From assembly GCA_947175245.1 (NCBI GenBank), contig CAMWLW010000001.1, forward strand, positions 36,144 to 100,143: a stretch of 64,000 nt of DNA, in the 5' to 3' direction. The translations under genes were made by a program, and so were the position numbers. Source of the DNA: an uncultured Bacteroidales bacterium. GTDB lineage: Bacteria > Bacteroidota > Bacteroidia > Bacteroidales > Muribaculaceae. The notes under the pieces were generated by a model, which was given only the letters and a program-made list of their open reading frames with translations, was not told where the DNA came from and did no database searches. This document shows positions 9,458 through 19,629 of this stretch, piece after piece; the first letter of the stretch is position 1; every line of letters starts with the position of its first letter.

Positions 9458-12316
9458 TTAGAAGTTAACTTTAACACCGAAGTTATAGGCACGGCACTGA
9501 GGTGCATAACCGATGCTTGTCTCCTGGTACTCTCTCTCATGACAAACACGCAGCAGGCTGTTGCCGTTGACATAGAGCTGGAGGCCCTTGACAAACTTGC
9601 CGGCAAACATCTTGGCAGGGAAGTCGTAAGTGAGCTGAATCTGGTCGAGCGAGAAGTAGTCGCTGCTGCGCATCCAGAAGTCAGAAGTAACGAAGTTGAG
9701 CTCACCGCCCTGAGTGGTGAGACGCGGATAGGTAGCAGTCTCGGCAGTCTCGGGAGTCCAACGGTCGCGCACGATGGGGGTGTACTTGCGGCCACCATAA
9801 ACCCAGACATTGCTGTTGTTCATGATGAAGTTACCGCCTGTGCCGGCTGTGGCAGCCACAAAGAGGGTGAAGCCTTTATACTTGCCGGTGAGATTGAGGC
9901 CGTAGCTCCAGGGGTTGCCCCAGCGGCCCAGTGTCACCTGATCGCGATAGTCGATTACGCCGTCTTTGTTCATATCCTCATACTTGAGGTCGCCGCGCTT
10001 GGTGTTGTTGTTGATGACAGCACTGTTGGCAATCTCATCGTCGGTCTGGAAGAAACCGAGGCAACGGTAGCCGCGCAGGGCATCAACCTTGGCGCCCTCG
10101 CTGCGGAGCCAGTCAAACTCAACGTTCTCACTGATTTTAAGGTTCTTGGAGTCAACATACATTACATTGGCACCGATACCGAGCTCGAACTCACCGAACT
10201 TCTTGTTGTACTGCACACCGAGGTCAAAACCGGTGTGGCGACGCTTGTTGTAGTTGATCCAGGGAATGAATGAGCTCTCGGGGTAGTAGGTCGACATGTA
10301 GTTGGGGAAGAAGTCGGTCGACTTGACGGGGAGGCCGTCGGTAACGATGTTGAAGAAGTTACCGTTGACCGTCAGCTCGTTGTTAAGGAAACCGGCTGTG
10401 AGACCCACGTTGAACTCTTTGCGCTTGATGAATGTGAGATCGGGATTGGCACCCTGACGTGACTGGAATGCCTGGTTTGAGCCGTGGCTGTCGTTCCAGC
10501 CCCACCAGTTACCGTCGGCGGTGTACTTACTGTCCCACATGTAGAAGCTCTTGTCCTCGTCCTCATCGGTAGTGCCTACCACCATGTCGATGTCCTGGAG
10601 GAGCATACCGTAGGTGGCATTGAGGCGCAGCTCGCTGATGACGTCGTTGTCCTTGAGGAACTCTTCGTTCTTGAGGCGCCAGCCGATGCTGCCGACAGGT
10701 GAGAAGCCTGCACGGTGACCGGGAGCAAACTTGGCCGAGTAGTTGACCGAGCCGTTGAACTCGGCATAGTAGCGGCTGTCATAGTTGTAGGCGGCACGGA
10801 GACCGAGGTTGGCGCTGGCATTGTGGTGGTAGCGGCCGGTGTAGCTGCGCTTGTAGGCCTGGCCTACGAGGTTACCCTCGACGTTGTGAACGCCCTCGAA
10901 CGTGCGCTTGTAGTCAAAGTGACCGGCGAACATAAGGGTCTGACGCTCGGCCGATGATGACACGTTTTGTGTGCCCGAGTTGAGGTCGTCGCCATACTTG
11001 GTGAGGTAGTCGATCACATCCTTGCCACCGTAGTGAGTCCAGTGTGCCTCATAAACGGCATACTGGGGATCGATCGATGTAGCATAGTAGGTGTGATAGT
11101 CGACGGCACCCTGTGCGGTGAACGACAGGCCGGGAGTGATGCGGCCCATGTCGACACGCACACCGGCGTCAAACTGCAGCTGACGGGTCGTGGCCTTGGT
11201 GTAACCACCGGCATACATCGACGCGAACGGGTTGGTCTGATAGTTCTGGGTACCACCGATAAGATACTGGCCGTTGATGAGATAACGCGAGTTGTTGGCC
11301 AGAATCCAGCTGTTCTCGTCGTTGGCCTCGATAGCCGAGATGGGAATGAGGGGAACGAGGGGCGATGTACCCGACTGGGTGGGAGTCATGGTAGCGGCTG
11401 CGTTCCAGTAACCCGAGTGGTCGTAACGGTTGTCATAGAAAGTCACGCTGGTGTTTACCCAACCTGTAACCCACTCGTTGAGGTTGAGGTCGATATTACC
11501 ACGGACGCTCAGACGGGTGGTGCCGTTCTTCTTACCCTCGCCAAAGTTGAGGAGGTCGTCGGTGTGATACAAGCCTACCATAGCGTAGAACTTGGCGAAC
11601 TTACCGCCGCCGATAAACTCGGCCTGCCCCTCATACTTCATCCAGTTTTTCTTGAGGTACTCGCTCGAGAAATAGTTGATGTCGGGGTAACGGAAGGGGT
11701 TGCTGCCCGAAGCATAGTTGTAGATATCGAGATCTGAGAACGCGTCGTTCAGTCCGTCATTGTGACGGGCCTCATTATATAATGTCATATACTCGGGCGA
11801 GCTCAGATACTGCTGATAGCGTTTGGGAACGTTGAGCGACACGTCGCCGCGGACGTTTACACGCAGGCCGTCAACGTTACCGCGCTTGGTCGAGATAAGG
11901 ATTACACCCTTGGCGGCCTTGCTGCCATAGAGCACGACGGCCTGTGCGCCTTTGAGGAACGAGATTGACTCGATTTCCTGGGGCAGGATGTTATTGGCAT
12001 CACGGGGCACACCGTCAACGAGAACGAGAGCGCTGCCCTGACCCCAGAGATCGCCATTGTAACCGTTGACGAGGCTCTGCATGTTTGACAAGCTGTAGTC
12101 GGTGTAGCTCTTCTTCTCGAGGTCGACCATGTTGACTGTCGAGACACCGCCAAGAATGTCGGCTTCGTTATCGACGGTGCGGAATGCAAGATGCACCTTC
12201 CCCGACAGCGAATCGCCGGCCTCGGTCGTGGCGGCCTCCTGTGCCGATGCAACCGGCGCTGCGATCAGTGCAGCCGCCAGCACAACAGGATTTATTATGT
12301 GATATGATTTTTTCAT
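9458..12316 (-). CDS. SusC-type TonB-dependent outer-membrane transporter (XusC position) lacking the N-terminal carboxypeptidase-regulatory-like domain
   Basis: 952 aa. A signal peptide is followed directly by plug-domain motifs (ALVLVDGVPRD ... IESISFLKGAQAVVLYGSKAAKGVILISTKRG). It ends in the beta-barrel terminal ...YNFGVKVNF. Confidence 0.9.
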   Translation of the reverse strand: MKKSYHIINPVVLAAALIAAPVASAQEAATTEAGDSLSGKVHLAFRTVDNEADILGGVSTVNMVDLEKKSYTDYSLSNMQSLVNGYNGDLWGQGSALVLVDGVPRDANNILPQEIESISFLKGAQAVVLYGSKAAKGVILISTKRGNVDGLRVNVRGDVSLNVPKRYQQYLSSPEYMTLYNEARHNDGLNDAFSDLDIYNYASGSNPFRYPDINYFSSEYLKKNWMKYEGQAEFIGGGKFAKFYAMVGLYHTDDLLNFGEGKKNGTTRLSVRGNIDLNLNEWVTGWVNTSVTFYDNRYDHSGYWNAAATMTPTQSGTSPLVPLIPISAIEANDENSWILANNSRYLINGQYLIGGTQNYQTNPFASMYAGGYTKATTRQLQFDAGVRVDMGRITPGLSFTAQGAVDYHTYYATSIDPQYAVYEAHWTHYGGKDVIDYLTKYGDDLNSGTQNVSSSAERQTLMFAGHFDYKRTFEGVHNVEGNLVGQAYKRSYTGRYHHNASANLGLRAAYNYDSRYYAEFNGSVNYSAKFAPGHRAGFSPVGSIGWRLKNEEFLKDNDVISELRLNATYGMLLQDIDMVVGTTDEDEDKSFYMWDSKYTADGNWWGWNDSHGSNQAFQSRQGANPDLTFIKRKEFNVGLTAGFLNNELTVNGNFFNIVTDGLPVKSTDFFPNYMSTYYPESSFIPWINYNKRRHTGFDLGVQYNKKFGEFELGIGANVMYVDSKNLKISENVEFDWLRSEGAKVDALRGYRCLGFFQTDDEIANSAVINNNTKRGDLKYEDMNKDGVIDYRDQVTLGRWGNPWSYGLNLTGKYKGFTLFVAATAGTGGNFIMNNSNVWVYGGRKYTPIVRDRWTPETAETATYPRLTTQGGELNFVTSDFWMRSSDYFSLDQIQLTYDFPAKMFAGKFVKGLQLYVNGNSLLRVCHEREYQETSIGYAPQCRAYNFGVKVNF

Positions 12317-12341
12317 TATTGAAATTCATTAGGGGTTAGGA

Positions 12342-14276
12342 TTACCAGCCGGGATTCTGGCCGAACTCTACATACATCGTGGTGTCATCGATCTTGAGGG
12401 GGAGCCAGTAGTGCTTGTCGGTGAAGTTACGGGTAAGTATCACTTTCTCGGTGAAACCGCTCACCTGGCTCTCGGTGGGATCATCGACATTTATACCTTT
12501 GGACGAGTCAGTCTCAATGCCGGTAAGATCGCCTACGCGTGTAAACTCCTGTGAAGTCTTGATGTTGTAGGGATACTTGTCAAGAAGCAGCCAGCGACGC
12601 AGGTCGTTGAAGCGGTGGGCCTCAAATGCCAGCTCGACGGCGCGCTCGCGGCGCAACTCGCTCATGAACATGTCAAGCGAGCCTGTGAACTTGGCGTTGA
12701 TGTGATCCACGCCGGCACGGTCACGGATGGTGTTGATGGCGTCGACAGCCGAGAGTGAGCAGTTGGACGACTTGCCCATAGGAACGCCGGTGGCATTGCA
12801 GGCCGACTCGGCATACATCAGGTAGATATCGGCCAGACGCATGTAGGGGATGTGCAGGTGGGTGGTGTTGCTGTATTTGTAACCGTCGTCCCACTGATTG
12901 AACGAGTTGAGCACAAACTTGTAGTTGAGGTAACCCGTGCGGCTGCCGTCGGTGGCACCGCGCAGGGCGGCATCGGTGTAGAGGGGAGCGTAACGCACGG
13001 CCTCGATTACCTTGGCCTCGTCGGCTTTCTCACTTACCATCTCGACGAGCTTGCAGCCGTCAAAGCGGATGTCGTGATAGAAACGGGGGTCACGGCCCTT
13101 CCAGGGATGGAGTTTGTCGAAGCCCGAGTCGGGGTCGTCGAGAGGGAGACCGTTGGCCATGCCATAGTAGTTGACATAGTTGGCTGTGGGCTGATAGCAG
13201 ACACCGTTATTGGTGATCTTGAACGAGCCGTAGTCCTTGGTCTGACCCCAGTTGGAACGGTTCCAGTCGAGCGACGGCGAACGATAGATAGCCTCGGTCG
13301 AACCGGGCATCAGGCCACCCTTACTATAGGTGAGGAACAATTCTTTGTAATCCTTGAAGTCGACAAGTGAATACTGTGTCTGGCCGGCCTCGACGAGAGC
13401 GAGCAGCTCACCGAAGGCCTCGGCGGCGCGCTTGCAGAAGTCGGCGTTATAGGTCGAGCTGCCGGTCGATTCCTGGTTCATGAGCGGGCTGCCGGCAAAG
13501 AGCAGATTCTTGCCCAGATAGCCGAGAGCCATGATCTTGTTGATGCGCAGGTCGTTGTTACCGCGTGTGGCAGCACCGGTAGGCGTGTCGTCCCAGTTGA
13601 TGGGCAACAGCTTGGCAGCCTCCTCGAGGTCGGCGGCAGCGCGGTCGGCGGTCTCCTGATAAGATAGGCGCGGGAGGGTGAGTTTACCACCGGCAAGCAC
13701 CTCGTCGATATAGGGCAGACCACCGAAATACTGCATGAGCTGGAAGTGGAAGAAACCACGGAAGAACAGGAGCTGCCCTTTGATGATGTTCTTCTGCTCG
13801 GCCGTGGCCTCGGTGAGAAGGTCGAGATTGGCGAGACCGATGTTGGCCTTGCGGATGCCATACCAGCTGCCTTTCCACAACGACGTCTGCTTTGCAGCCT
13901 GGCCGATATTATCATATTCGGCGGGGTCAAAGTCGTTCAGATCCATGAAGCCGCAACCCCAGCCGTCATACTGTGCCTGCCAGCCCCAGAAATCGCCTTT
14001 GTCAATCTTGTCACCCATCATGTAGGTCTCGTTGACACCGATGATCTCATCTTCACCCCAGTTGAAGGAGTTGTTCCAGTAGATGGTCGAGAAGTTGGGA
14101 ACACAGAAGTAGAGCTCCTCGACAAAACCCTGGAAGTTCTTGAAGTTCTTGAATGCCTCCTCGGCCGAGAGGTCGCTCTCGGGAGCCTTGTCAAGATAGT
14201 CGGTACAGCTTGACATGGCACCGCTCACAATAAAAGCGGCAGCTAAAAGAGAAATATATTTCTTGATTGTTTTCAT
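12342..14276 (-). CDS. SusD/RagB-family nutrient-binding lipoprotein (XusB position)
   Basis: MKTIKKYISLLAAAFIVSGAMSSC lipobox. C-terminal RERAVELAFEAHRFNDLRRW ... QNPGW. Confidence 0.9.
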   Translation of the reverse strand: MKTIKKYISLLAAAFIVSGAMSSCTDYLDKAPESDLSAEEAFKNFKNFQGFVEELYFCVPNFSTIYWNNSFNWGEDEIIGVNETYMMGDKIDKGDFWGWQAQYDGWGCGFMDLNDFDPAEYDNIGQAAKQTSLWKGSWYGIRKANIGLANLDLLTEATAEQKNIIKGQLLFFRGFFHFQLMQYFGGLPYIDEVLAGGKLTLPRLSYQETADRAAADLEEAAKLLPINWDDTPTGAATRGNNDLRINKIMALGYLGKNLLFAGSPLMNQESTGSSTYNADFCKRAAEAFGELLALVEAGQTQYSLVDFKDYKELFLTYSKGGLMPGSTEAIYRSPSLDWNRSNWGQTKDYGSFKITNNGVCYQPTANYVNYYGMANGLPLDDPDSGFDKLHPWKGRDPRFYHDIRFDGCKLVEMVSEKADEAKVIEAVRYAPLYTDAALRGATDGSRTGYLNYKFVLNSFNQWDDGYKYSNTTHLHIPYMRLADIYLMYAESACNATGVPMGKSSNCSLSAVDAINTIRDRAGVDHINAKFTGSLDMFMSELRRERAVELAFEAHRFNDLRRWLLLDKYPYNIKTSQEFTRVGDLTGIETDSSKGINVDDPTESQVSGFTEKVILTRNFTDKHYWLPLKIDDTTMYVEFGQNPGW

Positions 14277-14288
14277 GTTGTACGAGAA

Positions 14289-17200
14289 TTAGATGTCAAA
14301 CCTGATTCCGAGATTGAAACGGCGAACGGTAGGATAGGCACCCTGAGAGGCGTTACCTGTGCCGGCGAAGTTTGACTCGCGGTCGTCGGGCATGCGTGTC
14401 CACTGCAGGAGGTTGTTGCCGTTGAGATAAATCTTAAGAGAGCTGAGGCCTACGCGCTTGATCCAGCCATCGGTCCATGTGTAGCCGATCTCGGCGTTCT
14501 TGAGTCGAATGAACGAGCCGTCATAGTGGTTGTAGCGGTTGTCCCAGCCGTTGTAGTAGCTCGGAGTGCTGTTCCACACGGGGAGAGGACGGTCAATGTC
14601 GGTGGCACCTACATTCCAGAAGTTAACACCGGCATAGAGGGTGCTCATGTTGCCGCGGTAAGACTCGAACACAACGGTGCGCTGCACGTTGGTCACGCCA
14701 TAGACCTGAACATAGAAGCTCCAGCCTTTGTAATCAAAGCCGATAGTGGCGTTATAGGTGTTCTGGGGTGTGCCGCTGAAGCCATAGGGAGTTGAGTCGG
14801 CCGAGTCAATGATACCGTCACCGTTGTAGTCGACCATGATAGGCTGGCCGGGCAGTTTCTGGAGGTCGTTGGTATTGTGCTTGGTCATACCGATAACCTG
14901 GTCCCAGGTGTTGGCATAGCCTGCATCATATATAATTTTATCCTGACCGATCTGGAAGCCGGCAGCCTTGCGGTAAGCCTCTTTCAGCTCGGGCTCGTCT
15001 TTCTCGAGAATCTTGTTCTCGGCGTGAGTCATATTGAGGTTGGCCCACAGGTGGAAGTCGCGGCCGAAGGTGTGGTTGAAACGGAGCTCAAGCTCGTAAC
15101 CCTTGCTGGCAACACGACCAAGGTTGGCTGTGGGAGCTGTACCGCCGAAGTATGAGGGGATAGCGCGGTCGGAACCCGATATCAGGATGTCGTTGCGACG
15201 CTCCTTGAAGAGCTCGATGGTACCGTTGAACATGCCGTGCAGCAGGCCGAAGTCAACACCGAGGTTCTGCTTGAGAGCTTTCTCCCAATGTATGTCGGGG
15301 TTACCGATCTTAGATTCCTTATACCAGGTGTAGGGCGATGTCTGACCCGAAGTAATCGAGAGGTTCTTGCTGCCTACGATAGCCCACTGGGTGGCATAGA
15401 GCCAGCGGTCCCAGACGTTGTCGTCACCGACCTGACCGATCGAGTAGCGCACCTTGAAGTTGTCAAGCCATGAGCGGCTCCAGTTCATGAACTTCTCCTC
15501 GCTCAGACGCCAGCCCACAGCTGCCGAGTTGAAGAAGTCAAAGCGGTGTTTGCGGCTGAATTTCTCTGAACCGTTATAAGCACCATTGTACTCAAAGAAG
15601 TAACGGCTTGCATAGTTGTAGGTTACACGGAAAGCCCAGTCCTCACGGTAGTTGGGGAACTCCGAGCCGGTAGCGCGCTCATTGCGGTTGAACACGCCCA
15701 TCGCGGTTAAATCGTGGTCGCCGAAGCGGCGTGCCCAGAAGAGCTGTGCCTGATAGAAGAGGTTACGGGTGGTAGCCCAGTTGCGCACGGCGCCGGCCTT
15801 GGTGCTCCACTTCATGTCCTCGAAGAAGTCAAGGCCGTTTGAACCGGTCTTGGGATCCCAGGTTACTTCGCCGGTAGCGGGGTTAATCCATTTGTGCTTG
15901 GCCGAGTACCAGTTCTCGTTGATACCGCGCTCAGCCTCGACCATGACGTTGTCCCACGAAATGGTAGCGCTGGCACGAAGGCCCTCGGTGATGAACGAGA
16001 GATCCTGCTCGAGAGTGAAGTCGGTGTTTATGCGGGTAGTCGTCGTGTACTCCAGACCGCCGGTTGCCACGCTCTGCATCGAGTTGGGAGCGCCCTGTGA
16101 GTTAGCGGGATAATAACCCCATGTGCCGTCAGAATAGATGGGACGGTAAACGTCGGGAGCCGAGCTGTAGGCTGCCTGCCACAGCTGGGTGGTGAACCAG
16201 TCGGTGTCGCTGTGACCCCAAGGGCTCTTTTTTTGACCGTGCGAACCCGACAGGTTGACCTTGAACAAGGTCGAACGGGTAATCTGGAAGTCGAGATTTG
16301 AACGTATGTTGATACGGTCATAACCGAAACCGCTGTTGTAACCGCGGCCTACGTCATACGTGCGATAGAGGTCACCCTCGTGCAGATAGTCGATAGCGGC
16401 ATAGTATTTAACGAACTTTGTACCGCCGCGCACGTTGATGTTGGGGTTGTAGGCCATTGCGTGACTCTTGAAGAGTTCCTTCTGCCAGTCGACGTTGGGA
16501 TAGCGCTCGTACTCCTCGAGATTGGCGGGATGAGCATACTTGTCGATGATCGAGAGGGGAGTCATGTCAACCCACGAGTCGGGCTGGAGGCCAAGCTCGC
16601 GTTCGATGATGGTATTACGCATGTACAGCGCCTCGGGCGAGCCCTCGACACCGGGGAGCTTGGAGGCCACCTTGGCGGCGGCATTCATCGATACGCCGAT
16701 AACGGCACGGCCGTCCTGACCACGCTTGGTGGTGATAAGGATTACACCGTTGGCGCCTTTCACACCATACACGGCGGTAGCCGATGCGTCTTTAAGTACC
16801 GAAACGGTCTCGACCGAGTTGATATCGACCGATGTCATGGGACGCTCGACGCCGTCAACGAGTACGAGAGGGTCTGAACCGTTCCATGAGGTCTGACCAC
16901 GGATAACGATCCTCGGGTCTTCCTCACCGGGCATACCGGTCGAAGCCATCGTCACGACACCGGGAAGATTACCGGTAAGGGCGGCACCGACGCTCGATAC
17001 ACCGCCGGCACGTGCCAGTGTAGCGCCTGTTGTCTGGGCGATAGCACCCACCACCGAGGCTTTCTTCTGCTGGCCGTAACCTACAACCACGACTTCATCG
17101 AGAGCCGAGTCGGCAGTTGTCATTACGACATTGACAACCTTGCGGCCGTCAATCTTAACAACCAACGGCTCCATACCCACATAGGTGAAGCGCAGTTGAT

Positions 17201-17420
17201 CCTTAGCCGGATCAGGTACATTAATCGAGTAGTTGCCGTCAAAGTCGGTAGGAGCACCAACCGACGAGCCAACTACCATTACAGTAACACCGATCAGGGG
17301 CTCACCCGTGTCATCGGTGACATTACCGGTGACAATCTCGGCCCGGAGCGTAAACGACCCGGACAGGAGCATTGCCATCAGCAAGCAGATGCAATGTAGC
17401 GTCTTTTTTACATTTTTCAT
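14289..17420 (-). CDS. SusC-type TonB-dependent transporter (XusA position) with an N-terminal CarboxypepD_reg-like domain
   Basis: 1043 aa. VTGNVTDDTGEPLIGVTVMVVGSSVGAPTDFDGNYSI (carboxypeptidase-regulatory-like). Plug motifs VVVGYGQQKK, VLVDGVER, VSVLKDASATAVYGVKGANGVILITTKRG. C-terminal ...RFNLGIRFDI. Confidence 0.92.
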   Translation of the reverse strand: MKNVKKTLHCICLLMAMLLSGSFTLRAEIVTGNVTDDTGEPLIGVTVMVVGSSVGAPTDFDGNYSINVPDPAKDQLRFTYVGMEPLVVKIDGRKVVNVVMTTADSALDEVVVVGYGQQKKASVVGAIAQTTGATLARAGGVSSVGAALTGNLPGVVTMASTGMPGEEDPRIVIRGQTSWNGSDPLVLVDGVERPMTSVDINSVETVSVLKDASATAVYGVKGANGVILITTKRGQDGRAVIGVSMNAAAKVASKLPGVEGSPEALYMRNTIIERELGLQPDSWVDMTPLSIIDKYAHPANLEEYERYPNVDWQKELFKSHAMAYNPNINVRGGTKFVKYYAAIDYLHEGDLYRTYDVGRGYNSGFGYDRINIRSNLDFQITRSTLFKVNLSGSHGQKKSPWGHSDTDWFTTQLWQAAYSSAPDVYRPIYSDGTWGYYPANSQGAPNSMQSVATGGLEYTTTTRINTDFTLEQDLSFITEGLRASATISWDNVMVEAERGINENWYSAKHKWINPATGEVTWDPKTGSNGLDFFEDMKWSTKAGAVRNWATTRNLFYQAQLFWARRFGDHDLTAMGVFNRNERATGSEFPNYREDWAFRVTYNYASRYFFEYNGAYNGSEKFSRKHRFDFFNSAAVGWRLSEEKFMNWSRSWLDNFKVRYSIGQVGDDNVWDRWLYATQWAIVGSKNLSITSGQTSPYTWYKESKIGNPDIHWEKALKQNLGVDFGLLHGMFNGTIELFKERRNDILISGSDRAIPSYFGGTAPTANLGRVASKGYELELRFNHTFGRDFHLWANLNMTHAENKILEKDEPELKEAYRKAAGFQIGQDKIIYDAGYANTWDQVIGMTKHNTNDLQKLPGQPIMVDYNGDGIIDSADSTPYGFSGTPQNTYNATIGFDYKGWSFYVQVYGVTNVQRTVVFESYRGNMSTLYAGVNFWNVGATDIDRPLPVWNSTPSYYNGWDNRYNHYDGSFIRLKNAEIGYTWTDGWIKRVGLSSLKIYLNGNNLLQWTRMPDDRESNFAGTGNASQGAYPTVRRFNLGIRFDI

Positions 17421-17577
17421 TGCTATTAAATTTAAAGTAAAAATTGATAACGAATCATTGGTCTTTGAATTTGAGCCGGGACGTACCCGACGTTAAGTGA
17501 AACTAATTGTTTTACAGTTGTTGATAATTGGGTTTGTTTAGGTTAGTAATTATATAATAATGTGTATAGATTTCAGA

Positions 17578-19296
17578 TTATTCGGCCGCCGAGGCATACA
17601 TGCCCACTACCGTGCCCGTAAAACCGCCTGCGACGGCTGTCGAGGTGTAGCCTGCATCGACATTCTCGGCCAGTGTCTTCCACTCGTGACCATCGTCGGT
17701 TGAATAGGCAAAGTCGAAGTTCATGCCTTTACCCTCGACACGCAGGTCGACATTCGACAGGTCGGCCGGGACGTCGACCTCGGCAAGAGTCGTGTTACCG
17801 CCCTCGCCTATGCGACGCACTTCGAGCTTGTGCGCGCCATCCTTCATGCAGCGGCACAGCAGGTACTGGTGAGTCTCGTCCTTGAACAGCAGCATGCCTG
17901 CCACCTGGCTCTCGGTCTCGGGCAGGAACGACATGTGAGTGTCAGCGGTAAAGTTATGGTGTGCGATTGGACGGCACACGAACGGGAGCACGGCTTTGTC
18001 GCTTGACTTGACATCACCACACTTTATTGTGAGGAAACCGGGATTGGTCGAGAGCGAATAATAATCGGTGGCCGGCCCGCGCAGGGTCATCCACTTCACG
18101 CCGAGAATAGAATCGGAGAACTCGTCATTGTGGGCGAAGTTACCGAACGTAACATTCTCGCCGCGCACGGCTCCGGGGACATCGACCACCAGAGGCACGG
18201 CCTCGTCATGGCCCAGGAATACGGGCCAGCCGTCCTCGTTCCACTTCACCGGCATGAGGAAAGTCTCGCGGCCGAGATTTTCCTTGTCACCCTCAACCGG
18301 GCGACATGCCAGGAACACGCCCCACCAGTTGCCGTCGGCATCCTCGATGATGTCGGCATGGCCGGCACATGTCACGGGGTTCTCGCGGTTGGGGTCAAGT
18401 GTGCGCTGTGTCAGAATGGGGTTACCCTCCCAGGGGGTGTACGGGCCGAAGGGCGTGTCACCGCGATATATCACCTCGCTGTGCCAGCCGCATGTGCCGC
18501 CCTCGGCAGTCATCAGATAATACTTGCCGTTCACCTTATATATATGGGGGCCTTCACACCAGATGGGTTTCTCCTCGGGACGGCAGCCTTTGTTCACGAC
18601 AATCTTACGCTCACCTACACACATGTCGGTAGCCGGGTCAAACTCAACCACACGCACCGTGCGATGGCCGGGGTACTCGGGCTTACCCTCGGGGGCGTCA
18701 TCATTATTAACAATGTAGCCTTTGCCATCCTCATCAAAGAAGAAGGCCGGGTCGATGCCCTGCACCTCGGGAAGCATGATGGGATCACTCCACTCGCCGA
18801 ACGGATCCTGAGTCTTAACAAAGAAATTACCGTCACCGACATTGGTCGTGATCATATAATAGGTCTTGTTGGCGGGATTATATGAGATTGCAGGAGCAAA
18901 AATACCCCCGCTCACATGCTGTTTCTCGAGATTGCGCAACTGTGACGGGCGACTGAGCACATGGCCTATCTGCTCCCAGTTTACGAGATCACGGCTGTGA
19001 TAGAGAGGTACACCGGGGAAGTAGGTAAAGCTTGACACCGCGAGGAAGTAATCACCCTCGCCGTTGGTGCATATCGACGGGTCAGAATTCCAACCCGCGA
19101 GCACCGGGTTATAAATCGAGCTTTGCCCGGGAAGAGGATTGGCTTTGTAGTAGTCGTCATTGCCCTGATAGTTGAACGAATCAAATATCGCAACCGAGCT
19201 CTGAGGCTCCATCCCTTTGGCATTAGACGCACAACCGCCGTTAATCATCAGCAGGGGCGCAGCCATCGTGAGAAAGAATGTGATGTTAGGTTTCAT
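17578..19296 (-). CDS. GH43 beta-xylosidase/alpha-L-arabinofuranosidase (two-domain XynB/SXA-like type with a C-terminal beta-sandwich)
   Basis: WNSDPSICTNGEGDYFLAVSSFTYFPGVPLYHSRDLVNWEQIGHVL and CEGPHIYKVNGKYYLMTAEGGT match the two-domain GH43 xylosidase pattern. Length is 572 aa, with a signal/lipobox INGGC. Confidence 0.85.
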   Translation of the reverse strand: MKPNITFFLTMAAPLLMINGGCASNAKGMEPQSSVAIFDSFNYQGNDDYYKANPLPGQSSIYNPVLAGWNSDPSICTNGEGDYFLAVSSFTYFPGVPLYHSRDLVNWEQIGHVLSRPSQLRNLEKQHVSGGIFAPAISYNPANKTYYMITTNVGDGNFFVKTQDPFGEWSDPIMLPEVQGIDPAFFFDEDGKGYIVNNDDAPEGKPEYPGHRTVRVVEFDPATDMCVGERKIVVNKGCRPEEKPIWCEGPHIYKVNGKYYLMTAEGGTCGWHSEVIYRGDTPFGPYTPWEGNPILTQRTLDPNRENPVTCAGHADIIEDADGNWWGVFLACRPVEGDKENLGRETFLMPVKWNEDGWPVFLGHDEAVPLVVDVPGAVRGENVTFGNFAHNDEFSDSILGVKWMTLRGPATDYYSLSTNPGFLTIKCGDVKSSDKAVLPFVCRPIAHHNFTADTHMSFLPETESQVAGMLLFKDETHQYLLCRCMKDGAHKLEVRRIGEGGNTTLAEVDVPADLSNVDLRVEGKGMNFDFAYSTDDGHEWKTLAENVDAGYTSTAVAGGFTGTVVGMYASAAE

Positions 19297-19316
19297 TTGT
19301 TCATAATTTTACATTA

Positions 19317-19324
19317 CAAAGTTA
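19317..19324 (-). promoter_or_regulatory. Candidate -7 promoter box TAACTTTG for the GH43 gene at 17578..19296
   Basis: The plus strand reads caaagtta, which is TAACTTTG on the minus strand, 20 nt upstream of the ATG. It fits the Bacteroides -7 consensus TAnnTTTG. I found no clean -33 TTTG. Confidence 0.3.
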
Positions 19325-19629
19325 TATTTAACGTGTCTTAACCACGTTTTCACTTATGCGCTTTACGTATGTTTTGGTATATTGCGCCACGTGTTTTGTC
19401 TCATAAGCGTATGTTTTTGTAAATATCAATTTTAAACACCATTAATTATCAACACTTTAACAAACACAGCCACAAATCACGCAGTAAAAAAAAGAGAAGA
19501 GATTCCATTACTCACGCAATGAAATCCCTTCCACTAAACCTAATCTAATATAACCTTAAAATAAATTACCGTTAAACTTACAGTTTAATATATGTAGTTG
19601 TAAGTATATACCTAACATAATTTTTATAA

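Noticed and set aside
17421-17577. A promoter for the Xus susC operon in the 157-nt gap upstream of 17420.
   Set aside because: I could not find any CAAAnnTA (minus-strand TAnnTTTG) in this gap. Either the promoter is non-consensus and HTCS-dependent, or transcription reads through from upstream. There is not enough evidence to annotate a site.
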